Below, one piece after another: positions 1 to 9,180 of a stretch of DNA of 36,076 nt; the first letter of the stretch is position 1, and every line of letters starts with the position of its first letter. Made by a program: the position numbers and the translations under genes. A model generated the notes under the pieces. That model did not search any database. It was not told where the DNA came from and worked only from the letters and a program-made list of their open reading frames with translations. The stretch lies in sequence record SRR20825006_1663; one strand, written 5' to 3'.

Positions 1-43
1 TCATTAAATCAACAGCCCGCTATGCCACACTTTCAATCGGGAT

Positions 44-763
44 TCACTCCGTCGCGAAAACTTTCAAGTTGTCAAAATCAATGGTGGTTCCATTCACCGT
101 CATCCCAAATTGGGTCTTGGTTGGGTGAGCGAATCCGGTCGAGTCCAACGTGACAACTTGTTTGCCATCCAAATGCACGGTCATCACGGTTCCGCGAATG
201 ATCACTTCCAAATGATGCCATTCTCCTTGCTTCGCACTGATTTCGGCGGATACCTGCGTGCGAGCCAACAGCGAATCCAACGCCTTTTGTTCTTCCGGCG
301 GCAATGACTTCTGCTTGCGTTTCTCACGAACATCCAGGTTCATGGATCCCAGTTTGTCATCGCTGATCGAGATCCGTTTGGGCGACACAGATGCACGCGC
401 GACGTGTCCCGCGTGCACCGACTTTTCATTGTTGTCATCGATCACGAAGTTAAAGCGACTTCCACCACTAAACCGGAAGTCAAACGACACATGAAGATCA
501 CCAAACTCCATTTGCTTTCGCATGGTGGAACCATGGTCGTCCCGAACTTGCTCGCCAAACAAAACCCCGTCGCGAATGTTCCATCCGGCCTCCATCCCAC
601 GTCCGGTCCGGTATCCTTCGCCCAATTTCGAACGACCTTCGAAATCATCCTCGAATAGGACAGGTGTATCGGGCGCCGCCGAGGATGCATCGTCAGCGAC
701 AACCGCTGAAAGCGCCGACAACACAATCGTCATGAATGCGATGGAGAGCAAAGTTCGAGACAT
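44..763 (-). CDS. Secreted DUF1080 (3-keto-disaccharide hydrolase-like, ConA/GH16-like fold) protein
   Basis: Signal peptide; LFEDDF, WNIRDG, GEWHHLEV..G..MTVHLDG and FDNLKV pattern typical of DUF1080 beta-sandwich. Confidence 0.75.
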   Translation of the reverse strand: MSRTLLSIAFMTIVLSALSAVVADDASSAAPDTPVLFEDDFEGRSKLGEGYRTGRGMEAGWNIRDGVLFGEQVRDDHGSTMRKQMEFGDLHVSFDFRFSGGSRFNFVIDDNNEKSVHAGHVARASVSPKRISISDDKLGSMNLDVREKRKQKSLPPEEQKALDSLLARTQVSAEISAKQGEWHHLEVIIRGTVMTVHLDGKQVVTLDSTGFAHPTKTQFGMTVNGTTIDFDNLKVFATE

Positions 764-838
764 GGTTTGCGATGGGTTCGAGAATAGAGAGAGTGATGGA
801 AGGACAATGGTGCAGAGGTCGGCACCTCGCTGAATTCG

Positions 839-1852
839 CTACGGGTCCGTTGGCGACCGTGGAACGATCCAAATGTTGCGGAACCGATTGGGATTGCCGT
901 GGTTTTGAAGGTAGATCGGTCCTTCGCCCACCTCGGGTCGCGGCCCCGCCGGACCGCCGCCGGTTCCGCTGGGCAATTCAACTTGATCGTGAAGCAAGAC
1001 CCCATTTTGGGTCACCGAGATGACCGCGGGCGTGACTTTCTTTCCGTTCTCAAATCTCGCCGCGGTGAAATCAATTTCCATGCTCTGCCACGACAACGGC
1101 GGCAAGCAGACATTCCAATCGGCTTCGCGAATTCCGTAGATGCTTCCGCACCAAGTGTTGACGGGCTTCAACATGTCCATGTCTTGCCAGACCCGAGGAT
1201 CAGGATCCAAACCGAAGTTGTCCGATATTTGGACTTCATAAGCCCCCACCGCAAAGACGCCACTGTTGCCGCGATGTGGATGGCTGATCGGTGGCTCGGG
1301 TTTCAAAGGGATCGTGAACTCGAGGTAGAGCCGAAAATCCCGGAACGTGTCTTTGGTTCGCGCCCCGGCTTTGAGAACGCCATCCTCGATCTTGCCATTC
1401 TGCCATGCCTCAGTGTTGCTGCCATCGAACAACACAATCGCGTCGGCCGGTGGCTTCTTTCCAACGAACGCTGCACTGCGATCGACCTTTTGCCAGCCCG
1501 CGACACGCGACTCGATCCCTTCGCGATCCAACCACTCGTGCACAATCGGTTTGCCATTCCATCCGGTGCCGGGGAACCCACCATCGTAAATGGAAACGTA
1601 GAAACGACCTTCGGATGGCGTGACCTGCATCGCCCGATCGTCTTGGATAAATTCACCCACAAAATCAAAACCATCCCATTCCATTGAGGCCTTGGCAGCG
1701 TCTGTCCAAACAGCAGCATCAAGGTACGGTTGAATCTTGGGTTTGCTTTGGGACGGGTGGTCCTCCGCCGATATCCCCAATCCGGAACCGCAAACAATCC
1801 AGGCGCACACGATGCAGCGGACGTAGGGCAGCAGAGAACGATTCAAAAACAT
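839..1852 (-). CDS. Secreted DUF1080 domain protein
   Basis: PPADAIVLFDG, DFRLYLEF, GNSGVF, YEVQI, GSIYG, WQSMEIDF, LQNHGNP.RFRNIW are hallmark DUF1080 motifs; ORF open to 1930, ATG at 1852 preferred. Confidence 0.88.
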   Translation of the reverse strand: MFLNRSLLPYVRCIVCAWIVCGSGLGISAEDHPSQSKPKIQPYLDAAVWTDAAKASMEWDGFDFVGEFIQDDRAMQVTPSEGRFYVSIYDGGFPGTGWNGKPIVHEWLDREGIESRVAGWQKVDRSAAFVGKKPPADAIVLFDGSNTEAWQNGKIEDGVLKAGARTKDTFRDFRLYLEFTIPLKPEPPISHPHRGNSGVFAVGAYEVQISDNFGLDPDPRVWQDMDMLKPVNTWCGSIYGIREADWNVCLPPLSWQSMEIDFTAARFENGKKVTPAVISVTQNGVLLHDQVELPSGTGGGPAGPRPEVGEGPIYLQNHGNPNRFRNIWIVPRSPTDP

Positions 1853-1926
1853 GGGTGAGACAAAAGGGTCGGTGGAGAAACGCGTCGAAGGATATCGACT
1901 GGGCCAAAACGAAACGGCACTAGGAA

Positions 1927-3300
1927 TCACATGTCGATTTCGTAGCCCGCCCGGTACGGTCGTTTCATCATCGCAGCGGCCTGTTCATCCCCCACGACAC
2001 TTTCGGTTGCTTGATCCCACTCGACCTTGCGTCCCAACCGGCAACAGATACCGGCCAAGTGGCACACGTTGAGCATTTTCATGTGAGAATGCACGTCCGA
2101 AATCGGCAGCACTCGATTGTCGATCGCGTGCATGAAATTGGCCCAGTGTGCTGGACGATCGTTTCCTTCCATTGGCATCCCGCGATAGATTTTGGCAATC
2201 GCGTCTTCGGCCAGCGGGTTCGTCTTCAAATCCTCGACGGGTTTGCCAACCAGCTTGCCACGATTGACGAAGATTCGACCGCGTTCGCCTTCAAACAAAA
2301 TCCCGTTGTCAACGTCGTGGCGAATGTTCATCTCAACATCGCCATCCGCAAACGCCACCTTCAGATCGAACGCTCGCGCCGTGTTGTAGCGATTGTTTTG
2401 CAACGGCATCCCATCGCGAAATTCAACGTCGTGTTTGGCAGTCCCATCGACCGACACGGGATCGTTGTTCTGTCCTGCTGCCGCGATTCCCAACATGGCG
2501 ATGTCGACGTGGTGGGCTCCCCAGTCAGTTAGTTTGCCACCGGAATGTTCGTACCACCAACGAAAATGAGTGTGCCCGTTGGTGTAATTCTTGTCCGACC
2601 GCTTGGCGTCTAACGCGTAGCGATATTCCATTTCAGGGCCCGGCCCCAACCAACGATCCCAATCCAATCCCTCGGGTACCTCCGCTACCGGGATCTCTGG
2701 GCTCCATCCGCCCGCATCAATTCCGACGACCAGGCGTTTGAGTTTGCCGAGTCGTCCTTCCGCGATGATCGCCAGAGCATGATTGAACTTGTCGAAACTG
2801 CTTCGTTGCTGCGTTCCAACTTGAACAACACGTCCGGTCTGCTGCTGGACCTTCCGGACCAGTTTGCCTTCGTCGATCGTCAAAGTCAGCGGCTTTTCGC
2901 AATAGGCATCTTTGCCCGCCAACATCGCCTCGATCAAAATTTTCGCGTGCCAGTGATCCGGCGTTGAGATCTGAACCAAGTCGATGTCATCACGGGATAG
3001 CAGCTCGCGATAGTCGCGAAACAATTCTGCTTTGCCATCACACAGCAACTCGTTGCCATATTTCAGATGCGTTTGGTCCACATCGCACAGCGCGACCAAG
3101 TCCGCGAATTCTTTGCCCACCGGAGCGGTTCGTGTCCCGTTCCCTCCCACCCCGATCAACGCAAATCGCTTGCGTTCATTCGGTGATTTGGCGAGAGATT
3201 GCCGAGCGGGCAATGCCCATGGAGTCAGGGTCGCCGCGGAGACAACACCAACGGTCTTCAAAAAATCACGACGTGAATTGGGTTGGCAAACTGTGTTCAT
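1927..3300 (-). CDS. Tat-exported Gfo/Idh/MocA family oxidoreductase
   Basis: SRRDFLK Tat motif, IGVGGNG Rossmann, STPDHWH, YCEKP, QVGTQQRS, DWGAHHVD; ORF open to 3363, ATG at 3300 preferred. Confidence 0.92.
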   Translation of the reverse strand: MNTVCQPNSRRDFLKTVGVVSAATLTPWALPARQSLAKSPNERKRFALIGVGGNGTRTAPVGKEFADLVALCDVDQTHLKYGNELLCDGKAELFRDYRELLSRDDIDLVQISTPDHWHAKILIEAMLAGKDAYCEKPLTLTIDEGKLVRKVQQQTGRVVQVGTQQRSSFDKFNHALAIIAEGRLGKLKRLVVGIDAGGWSPEIPVAEVPEGLDWDRWLGPGPEMEYRYALDAKRSDKNYTNGHTHFRWWYEHSGGKLTDWGAHHVDIAMLGIAAAGQNNDPVSVDGTAKHDVEFRDGMPLQNNRYNTARAFDLKVAFADGDVEMNIRHDVDNGILFEGERGRIFVNRGKLVGKPVEDLKTNPLAEDAIAKIYRGMPMEGNDRPAHWANFMHAIDNRVLPISDVHSHMKMLNVCHLAGICCRLGRKVEWDQATESVVGDEQAAAMMKRPYRAGYEIDM

Positions 3301-3390
3301 CAAAGAAACCAAACGGAGTGGGGATGGAATGCGATCGTCAAGCGACGAAGACGGTTTGGTCAATCAGCGGATGCCTGGACCAGGACGGCG

Positions 3391-4941
3391 TCACTTCTTT
3401 TTCTTTTGATTTCGCTGCTGTTCGCGAATCGTCACGCCAGGTCGTTGCATTTTCGAATTCACATCGCGAAAAACCCAGGGTTCCCAAGCCTCGCGAGCAC
3501 GTTCCCATTGCTCCAGTGTGCGGGTCGGGTACCAACTCGGCCATCCAAATTTCTCGTAGTCGTACTTGTCCGCATTCGCGTGAGCCCATTCGTCCACCGA
3601 ACCGGCAGGCAGCGATTCGGGGAAGACATCCAAAGCACGAAAGTCGTCGCTGACGCCTTGATCAAGGATCACCTCATTTCGCCAGCGGTTGAGTTCCTGA
3701 AGCATTTCCTCGCGAACACTGGCGTACTTGGGATCATCCGCGACGTTGTGAACTTCGTGCGGATCGGTTCGCAAGTCGTACAGTTCCAACTCTGGCTTGG
3801 ACGCGGCGAAAAAGGCCGCTTGTTCGGGCGTGAGTTCACCACGCATGTGCATGACGTTCATTTCGGCCAGCACCGGATAGGCCCCTTCCTTGTACTGGTT
3901 GTATTGGCAGTAGGCCCGCTCGGGCATCAAGTTGTGAATCAGCTTGAAATCAGCGGAACGGATCGCTCGCATCGCATCGTGTGTTTCATCCATTTTGTCG
4001 CGGGCCGCAAAGACGTACTGCCGATTCCGAACTTCGTCGCTGAACAGATTCTTGCCATGCAGCGGCACGGGTGCTTCGATCCCAGCGGCTTCCAAAATTG
4101 TGGCGCAAATGTCAATCGACATCACCAAGTCGTCGCTGACTTCACCGGGCGAGACTTTTCCTGGCCAACGCAAGATCATGGGAATGCGAATCCCACCGTC
4201 GTAAAGAAATTGCTTTCCGCGAATGTGACATCGACCATGATCGCCGATGAAAAAAACGATCGTGTTGTCAGCAAGGCCTTCGTCGCTCAAACGCTGCAGC
4301 AGTTCCCCCACCTCGCGGTCGACCAATTGCATCTGTTCCAAACCATTCGCCCAATCCCGTCTGACAAAAGGCGTGTCGGGGTAATAAGGCGGCAACTCAA
4401 CATCTTCGATCGCAATGGGCCGCTGCGGGTCACGCTTCCACTGACGGTGAGTGCCACCGAAAGTGATTCGTGCAAAGAAAGGTTGTCCGTCAGCTCGTTG
4501 TTTCCAATCAGTTCCCTCGAACAACTCGTCCTTCCGATTGGGCACGAAGTTGCAGTCGGTTTTGTAGCTCATCAAAGCGGTGAAGTAGCCCGCATCGGCA
4601 AACAGATGCGGGATCGGACGAACGCCGTGCGGCAACGGTTGCTTGTCATATTCGCGGTGTTGATTGGCACCGATGTAGTTCTGATGGAACCCCGTCATCA
4701 TCGCTGACCGTGAGGTCGAACAAACCGGCGAAGTCGTGAAGGCACGCTCGTACCGGATACCTTCGGAGGCCAGCTTGTCCACGTTTGGGGTGTGAATGCC
4801 TTTCGTGCCGTAACAAGACAGGTCGGCCGACCAATCTTCGATGGTGATCCAAAGGACGTTGGGTCGGTCATCCGCGAACGTGGAAACCGCGTCCACGGCA
4901 CCGATGGCGAAAACCAAAAGAGCAGGAAGGATGTATTTCAT
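3391..4941 (-). CDS. Sulfatase (S1, N-sulfoglucosamine sulfohydrolase-like), secreted
   Basis: RPNVLWITIED, CSTSRSAMMTG, GDHG, KQFLYDGGIRIPMILRWPG, ELYDL..DP.E..N; signal peptide from ATG 4941. Confidence 0.92.
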   Translation of the reverse strand: MKYILPALLVFAIGAVDAVSTFADDRPNVLWITIEDWSADLSCYGTKGIHTPNVDKLASEGIRYERAFTTSPVCSTSRSAMMTGFHQNYIGANQHREYDKQPLPHGVRPIPHLFADAGYFTALMSYKTDCNFVPNRKDELFEGTDWKQRADGQPFFARITFGGTHRQWKRDPQRPIAIEDVELPPYYPDTPFVRRDWANGLEQMQLVDREVGELLQRLSDEGLADNTIVFFIGDHGRCHIRGKQFLYDGGIRIPMILRWPGKVSPGEVSDDLVMSIDICATILEAAGIEAPVPLHGKNLFSDEVRNRQYVFAARDKMDETHDAMRAIRSADFKLIHNLMPERAYCQYNQYKEGAYPVLAEMNVMHMRGELTPEQAAFFAASKPELELYDLRTDPHEVHNVADDPKYASVREEMLQELNRWRNEVILDQGVSDDFRALDVFPESLPAGSVDEWAHANADKYDYEKFGWPSWYPTRTLEQWERAREAWEPWVFRDVNSKMQRPGVTIREQQRNQKKKK

Positions 4942-4998
4942 GGGGAAACTGAAATGAGGTGGGGATGGTGGATGAAAAGGTCCTTCGATCAAGTGGGC

Positions 4999-6480
4999 TC
5001 AGTAGGCCCCGTTTGTTCCAAACATTTCCTTCTTGGATGGACGCGGGCGGACGCGAACGGAATGGTCTGGCTCGCCCGTCACACGGTCAAACTCATCTGG
5101 CGTTCGGCGACTCGGCAGGTAGTCGCCGGTTCGCTCGGTCCAATCGGCGAGTGCTGACTGCAATTGAGCTCGTACAGATTGATAGGCGGGATCATCCAAT
5201 CGGTTTTGCAATTCCCCCGGATCACGCTGCAGGTCATAGAGCTCCCACTTCGCGCGAGGCGAGCTGAAACAAGCCTCCTGCTCCGGCGTGAGTTCTCCTG
5301 CGTCATGCAAACGCAACATGGCTTGCCAAGTCAGGCCTCGTCCCGCGTCAGCGGATGGCGTCGGAGGCAGATCGACATAGTCGTTGCGAATCAATTTGTA
5401 TTGCTGCGTCGCAACGGCGCGAGCGTGATCCTCGTAGTCGTGCCAGTGATCTTCCGCAAACGCGAATTCGCGATGCGGTCGGGTGCTGTCTTTCAAAACC
5501 GGAACAAAGCTCCGACTGGATGCGGAGAACGTTTCGCTGCCTTCTACACCAGCCAATTCAAGGAACGTGGCACCGATATCGACCGCGCTGACCAAGGCCT
5601 CCGTTGTCTGGCCAGGCTTCACTTGATCGGGATAGCGAACGATCCAAGGAGTGCGAATGCCTCCGTCGTAGAGCGACGTCTTGTCCCGAGGAAACGGACG
5701 TCCATTGTCGCTGTTGAACAGAACAACCGTGTTGTCAGCGACGCCTTGTTCGGCCAGCTTGCGCATGACCTTGCCGACGTAGGAATCCAGACGACCAATC
5801 TCGTCATAGTAAAGCCGCAGGTCTTCGCGAACATCAGCCACATCCGGAAGGTGAGCCGGAACGATGACATCATCGTGCGTGTGAGGTGGATCCAACGCAC
5901 CGTCGTTGTATTCGCGGTGTGGGTCCAGAGCCGCCAACCACAGGAAAAACGGTTGATCTTTAGGACGTTCCTCACAGGCTCGCTCCCAATCTTCGCATCC
6001 GCTGGGCTGCGCCGCGATCATTTTCGCGGGCTGGCCGTCTTTACCGGACGGCAAAACAAAACCAGCTGTGGAGGCTTCATAGATTTTGTCAAAGTGGTCG
6101 CGAACGGCGTCACCCATGTGCCACTTGCCAGCCGCGGCGGTGTAGTAACCGGATGACTGCAAACGTTCGACAAATGTGTCACTGTCATCGGGCAAAGGCC
6201 AATGCAGTTGCTCAGCACCGGTGTTGTGCGGATACTTGCCCGTGATGATGCTCGCCCGGGACGGGCTGCACGAATTGGTGGTCAGGTAAGCGTGCTTGAA
6301 ACGCATGCCTTCCGCCGCCAGACGATCGATGTTGGGAGTTCGAATCGCTGGATGCCCATAGGCTCCACAATCGTCCCAGTTCATGTCATCCGCGATGATC
6401 AGAACGATGTTGGGAGGGGACTGAGCCATCACGGACGAGGTGAGGCAACAAGCAAGCAAAGCAACAAAGAATCGGTGCAC
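4999..6480 (-). CDS. Sulfatase (S1, heparan N-sulfatase/SGSH-like), secreted
   Basis: PNIVLIIADD, CSPSRASIITG, GKWH, SDNG, ELYDLQRDPGE; GTG start and signal peptide. Confidence 0.94.
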   Translation of the reverse strand: MHRFFVALLACCLTSSVMAQSPPNIVLIIADDMNWDDCGAYGHPAIRTPNIDRLAAEGMRFKHAYLTTNSCSPSRASIITGKYPHNTGAEQLHWPLPDDSDTFVERLQSSGYYTAAAGKWHMGDAVRDHFDKIYEASTAGFVLPSGKDGQPAKMIAAQPSGCEDWERACEERPKDQPFFLWLAALDPHREYNDGALDPPHTHDDVIVPAHLPDVADVREDLRLYYDEIGRLDSYVGKVMRKLAEQGVADNTVVLFNSDNGRPFPRDKTSLYDGGIRTPWIVRYPDQVKPGQTTEALVSAVDIGATFLELAGVEGSETFSASSRSFVPVLKDSTRPHREFAFAEDHWHDYEDHARAVATQQYKLIRNDYVDLPPTPSADAGRGLTWQAMLRLHDAGELTPEQEACFSSPRAKWELYDLQRDPGELQNRLDDPAYQSVRAQLQSALADWTERTGDYLPSRRTPDEFDRVTGEPDHSVRVRPRPSKKEMFGTNGAY

Positions 6481-6637
6481 GAGAATCCAGCGGAACAGAG
6501 GCGGGTAAACGTTCGCTTTCGCAAGCGACGACGAACATCAACGATCAGGCCTCGATACAAAACGCATTGAACCAAAGGAACACGTCACGCCCTTGGCAAC
6601 ATCAAAGCGTTACTGATCAAGCCTTCAACGGCCCGTC

Positions 6638-6643
6638 AGTCTA
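6638..6643 (-). promoter_or_regulatory. Candidate -10 element (TAGACT) for the sulfatase/oxidoreductase/DUF1080 cluster
   Basis: agtcta on + strand = TAGACT on -, about 160 bp upstream of the 6480 start; same hexamer lies upstream of araC (12625-12630, -) and the PSD1 gene (22995-23000, +). Confidence 0.3.
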
Positions 6644-6840
6644 CACCGATTCAACAAATCTCGCGCCGGTTTGACGTCAACCAAAGTGAGTTTTCGATGA
6701 CTTCAAACGTATAGATCCTAAGCGGAATCAATCGATCTCTCTCCGCTCATAAAACCAGCGAGTGTCTATACATTTCTAAACACTGCGCTCGTTTGCTTCC
6801 ACTTACCTGCCCCAAGACTTCAAACTGTTGCATCGGGCTT

Positions 6841-7989
6841 CTACTGATTTCCCATCGCTTTGCGAAGCACGGGATCAAACACGTCGGCCTGACGCATAAA
6901 GCCAAGGTCGCTGGCGTGAGAACCATCGGTCGCGCCGTCGCCGTCGGTACCATACAGTTCATCGCCAGCGATGTAGTGTAGCCCAGTCACACCGTCGGCT
7001 AACAGGGTTTTGTAGGCTTCTTGCAAAGCCTGATGATTCGCGGTGTGATGAGCATCACGTGCGGGCAAGATCCAACTGTTCGTGTTCCGGCGATCTTCCA
7101 CCAACACAATCGGCGTGTTGGGCTTTGCCTTGCGAATCTGCTTGACCAACGGAACGCATTTTTCGGACACCATCGCCGCGTTCATGTTGGGCAAGCAGTC
7201 GATCACATAGACCGCGGCGTCGACTTGGACCAAGAACTCTCCGACTTCAGCATCCATCTTACCGTTGCCGGAAAAGCCAAGGTTCACGACGGGCTGATCA
7301 AAGCGACGGCCCAAGATCGCGGTGTGGACCATCCCGGGGCGACTGGCACAGGCACCGTGCGTGATGCTAGTTCCGTAGAACACGATCGGCTTCTCACGTG
7401 TCGGCAACTGTTCAAACTTGCTGCCCGGTGAAACTCCAATTTTCAATGACTCGATCCCGTTGTACAGCGGAAGGTACGCGGCGTACTCTCGCATCCCCGG
7501 TGCCAATGAATCGATGACCTTGGTTTTGACCTCTTGCGATGTCGGGCGAGTGACCTGCACCCAACGCCAATTGCCTTCCCCGTCGCGAGCATAGAAGTCG
7601 ACGCCGCTGACTCCGGTTGCCGGCATGTGCGGCATCGCCAGATTGCTGTTGAGCAATTTGTAGTGAGCGTGAAGGGCAGTGGAATCTGTTTTAAAGCGAA
7701 CCATCATGCCCGCCGAATGACGACTTAGGTTCCAAACGTTCGAAGTCACCGAACCGTTCGCGGACGCCGGGAATCGATCGAACCATCTCGCCCGTTCTTG
7801 ATCGGGCAAAATTCTGCCTTCGATATTCTGTTCCGCCACGTCGTACCATGCGACGCCGCCTTCGACCGTTCGCCCGGTTACCATCTCCGGATCCAAATTG
7901 CCTATCGAGCCGGCAACCTTCTCTTGAGCCTCAACCGGGACGACAAACCAAGGCAACGCAGCGACGAGGACGAACCAACGAATCTTCAT
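6841..7989 (-). CDS. SGNH/GDSL hydrolase with GxDLY-type N-terminal domain
   Basis: GVSGVDFY, FYGTSITHG, NLGFSGNG, DCLPN, DGSH; signal peptide from ATG 7989 (ORF open to 8043). Confidence 0.9.
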   Translation of the reverse strand: MKIRWFVLVAALPWFVVPVEAQEKVAGSIGNLDPEMVTGRTVEGGVAWYDVAEQNIEGRILPDQERARWFDRFPASANGSVTSNVWNLSRHSAGMMVRFKTDSTALHAHYKLLNSNLAMPHMPATGVSGVDFYARDGEGNWRWVQVTRPTSQEVKTKVIDSLAPGMREYAAYLPLYNGIESLKIGVSPGSKFEQLPTREKPIVFYGTSITHGACASRPGMVHTAILGRRFDQPVVNLGFSGNGKMDAEVGEFLVQVDAAVYVIDCLPNMNAAMVSEKCVPLVKQIRKAKPNTPIVLVEDRRNTNSWILPARDAHHTANHQALQEAYKTLLADGVTGLHYIAGDELYGTDGDGATDGSHASDLGFMRQADVFDPVLRKAMGNQ

Positions 7990-8180
7990 CTGGAAAGACT
8001 TTCTGATGCGGGGCAGGGGAGGGGGGAAGGCGATGGATCCCATTGCAGATCAATCCCGCGTCGTTTGCGAGGCAAAGAAGCGGCTGACTAACATAGTCGC
8101 CCCGACGCTCTCAATGTGGGCCGGGAAAACGGAGCAGGGCAGGGCGGCTTTGTAGGAACAGGCCCCTGAGCGAACCTAGC

Positions 8181-8774
8181 TCACCCCTGGTTGATCCGGC
8201 TTCCCAATGATTTCAACCGGAATGCAAACGCGATCATCGCGATGCTGGCGATGATCGCCAACGCGCCCAAAATCCTGACCAGTGTCAGCCCGAACCCCAT
8301 CGGCGCGACCAACAGAGCGATCCCGATCAACACGGAAAGGATGCCGGCCAAGATCAACCAACCTTCGCCTTGAATGTGCCGGCGGTCTTGAATCGCGGCT
8401 GCGATCTCGACCACACCGGAAACGACCACCATCGCACCAATGACGCTGATCACAATCGTCGCGGTCAATCCAGCAACCAACATCGGATTGGCAAACACAA
8501 ATGTGCCGGCCAAAACTTCGATCACACCTCGAACAATCGTCCCCGTTCTTGACGGCGTGTCTCCAATCACTCCCGCGATGATCGCCATGACACCATCGAA
8601 CGCCAAGAAGAACCCGGCGACCTGAGCGAACGTTGCCAATGTCATCCCGGGCTGAAACAACGCATAGATCCCGAGAACCGAAAGCAACAAGCCTCGGATC
8701 AGCGGCAGCCACCAGAGCGACGCCACATCCACCAGCACGTTCCTCATTGCGTCCTTCGGTTCTAAATCAGACAT
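8181..8774 (-). CDS. HdeD family (DUF308) membrane protein
   Basis: WWLPLIRG start of about 6 hydrophobic helices in duplicated DUF308 pattern (GILSVLIGIALL..P). Confidence 0.88.
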   Translation of the reverse strand: MSDLEPKDAMRNVLVDVASLWWLPLIRGLLLSVLGIYALFQPGMTLATFAQVAGFFLAFDGVMAIIAGVIGDTPSRTGTIVRGVIEVLAGTFVFANPMLVAGLTATIVISVIGAMVVVSGVVEIAAAIQDRRHIQGEGWLILAGILSVLIGIALLVAPMGFGLTLVRILGALAIIASIAMIAFAFRLKSLGSRINQG

Positions 8775-9065
8775 GCTTCGATTTCCCTAAGTCTTGAAGT
8801 TGGTTCGTGTGCTTGCTGAGCCAAGCTGGCTATGCCGATGTGATCTCGCTTAGCCTTTCGCGACGGCGACGACTCCAATCTTCCCACTTTAGGAGCAGCA
8901 ATCCAAGCGACGAACGAGTTTTCACCAATTCGATCGACTGGTTTTCAAGGACACGGTTCGGCACAACTCAATGAACTTTGATGTTCTTCGCAGAGAGCAA
9001 TCTTTCTCAATCGTGGGGCAGGGCAGGGCGGATGGAGTAGCCTGAATCTGGATTGGGCTCCACAA

Positions 9066-9080
9066 TGGCACGGGAACCGC
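9066..9080 (+). promoter_or_regulatory. Possible sigma54 -24/-12 promoter upstream of the SYLF gene
   Basis: tGGcacgggaaccGC: TGGCACG plus GG-N10-GC spacing, but the -12 box is CCGC rather than TTGC. Confidence 0.25.
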
Positions 9081-9180
9081 GTCGGTCGCTGCAATGCGAT
9101 GTTCAATCGCAGCGGTCGCAACCAACTCACCCGATCAGACGTTCACGACTGAAATCGATCTCACCAAAGGAATGTGCACG

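Noticed and set aside
3283-4707. 474-aa plus-strand ORF
   Set aside because: Antisense shadow of the sulfatase; no motifs; expected from codon bias in GC-rich DNA
8922-9130. Short ORFs in the hdeD-SYLF intergenic gap
   Set aside because: No coding features; the region is better explained as a divergent promoter
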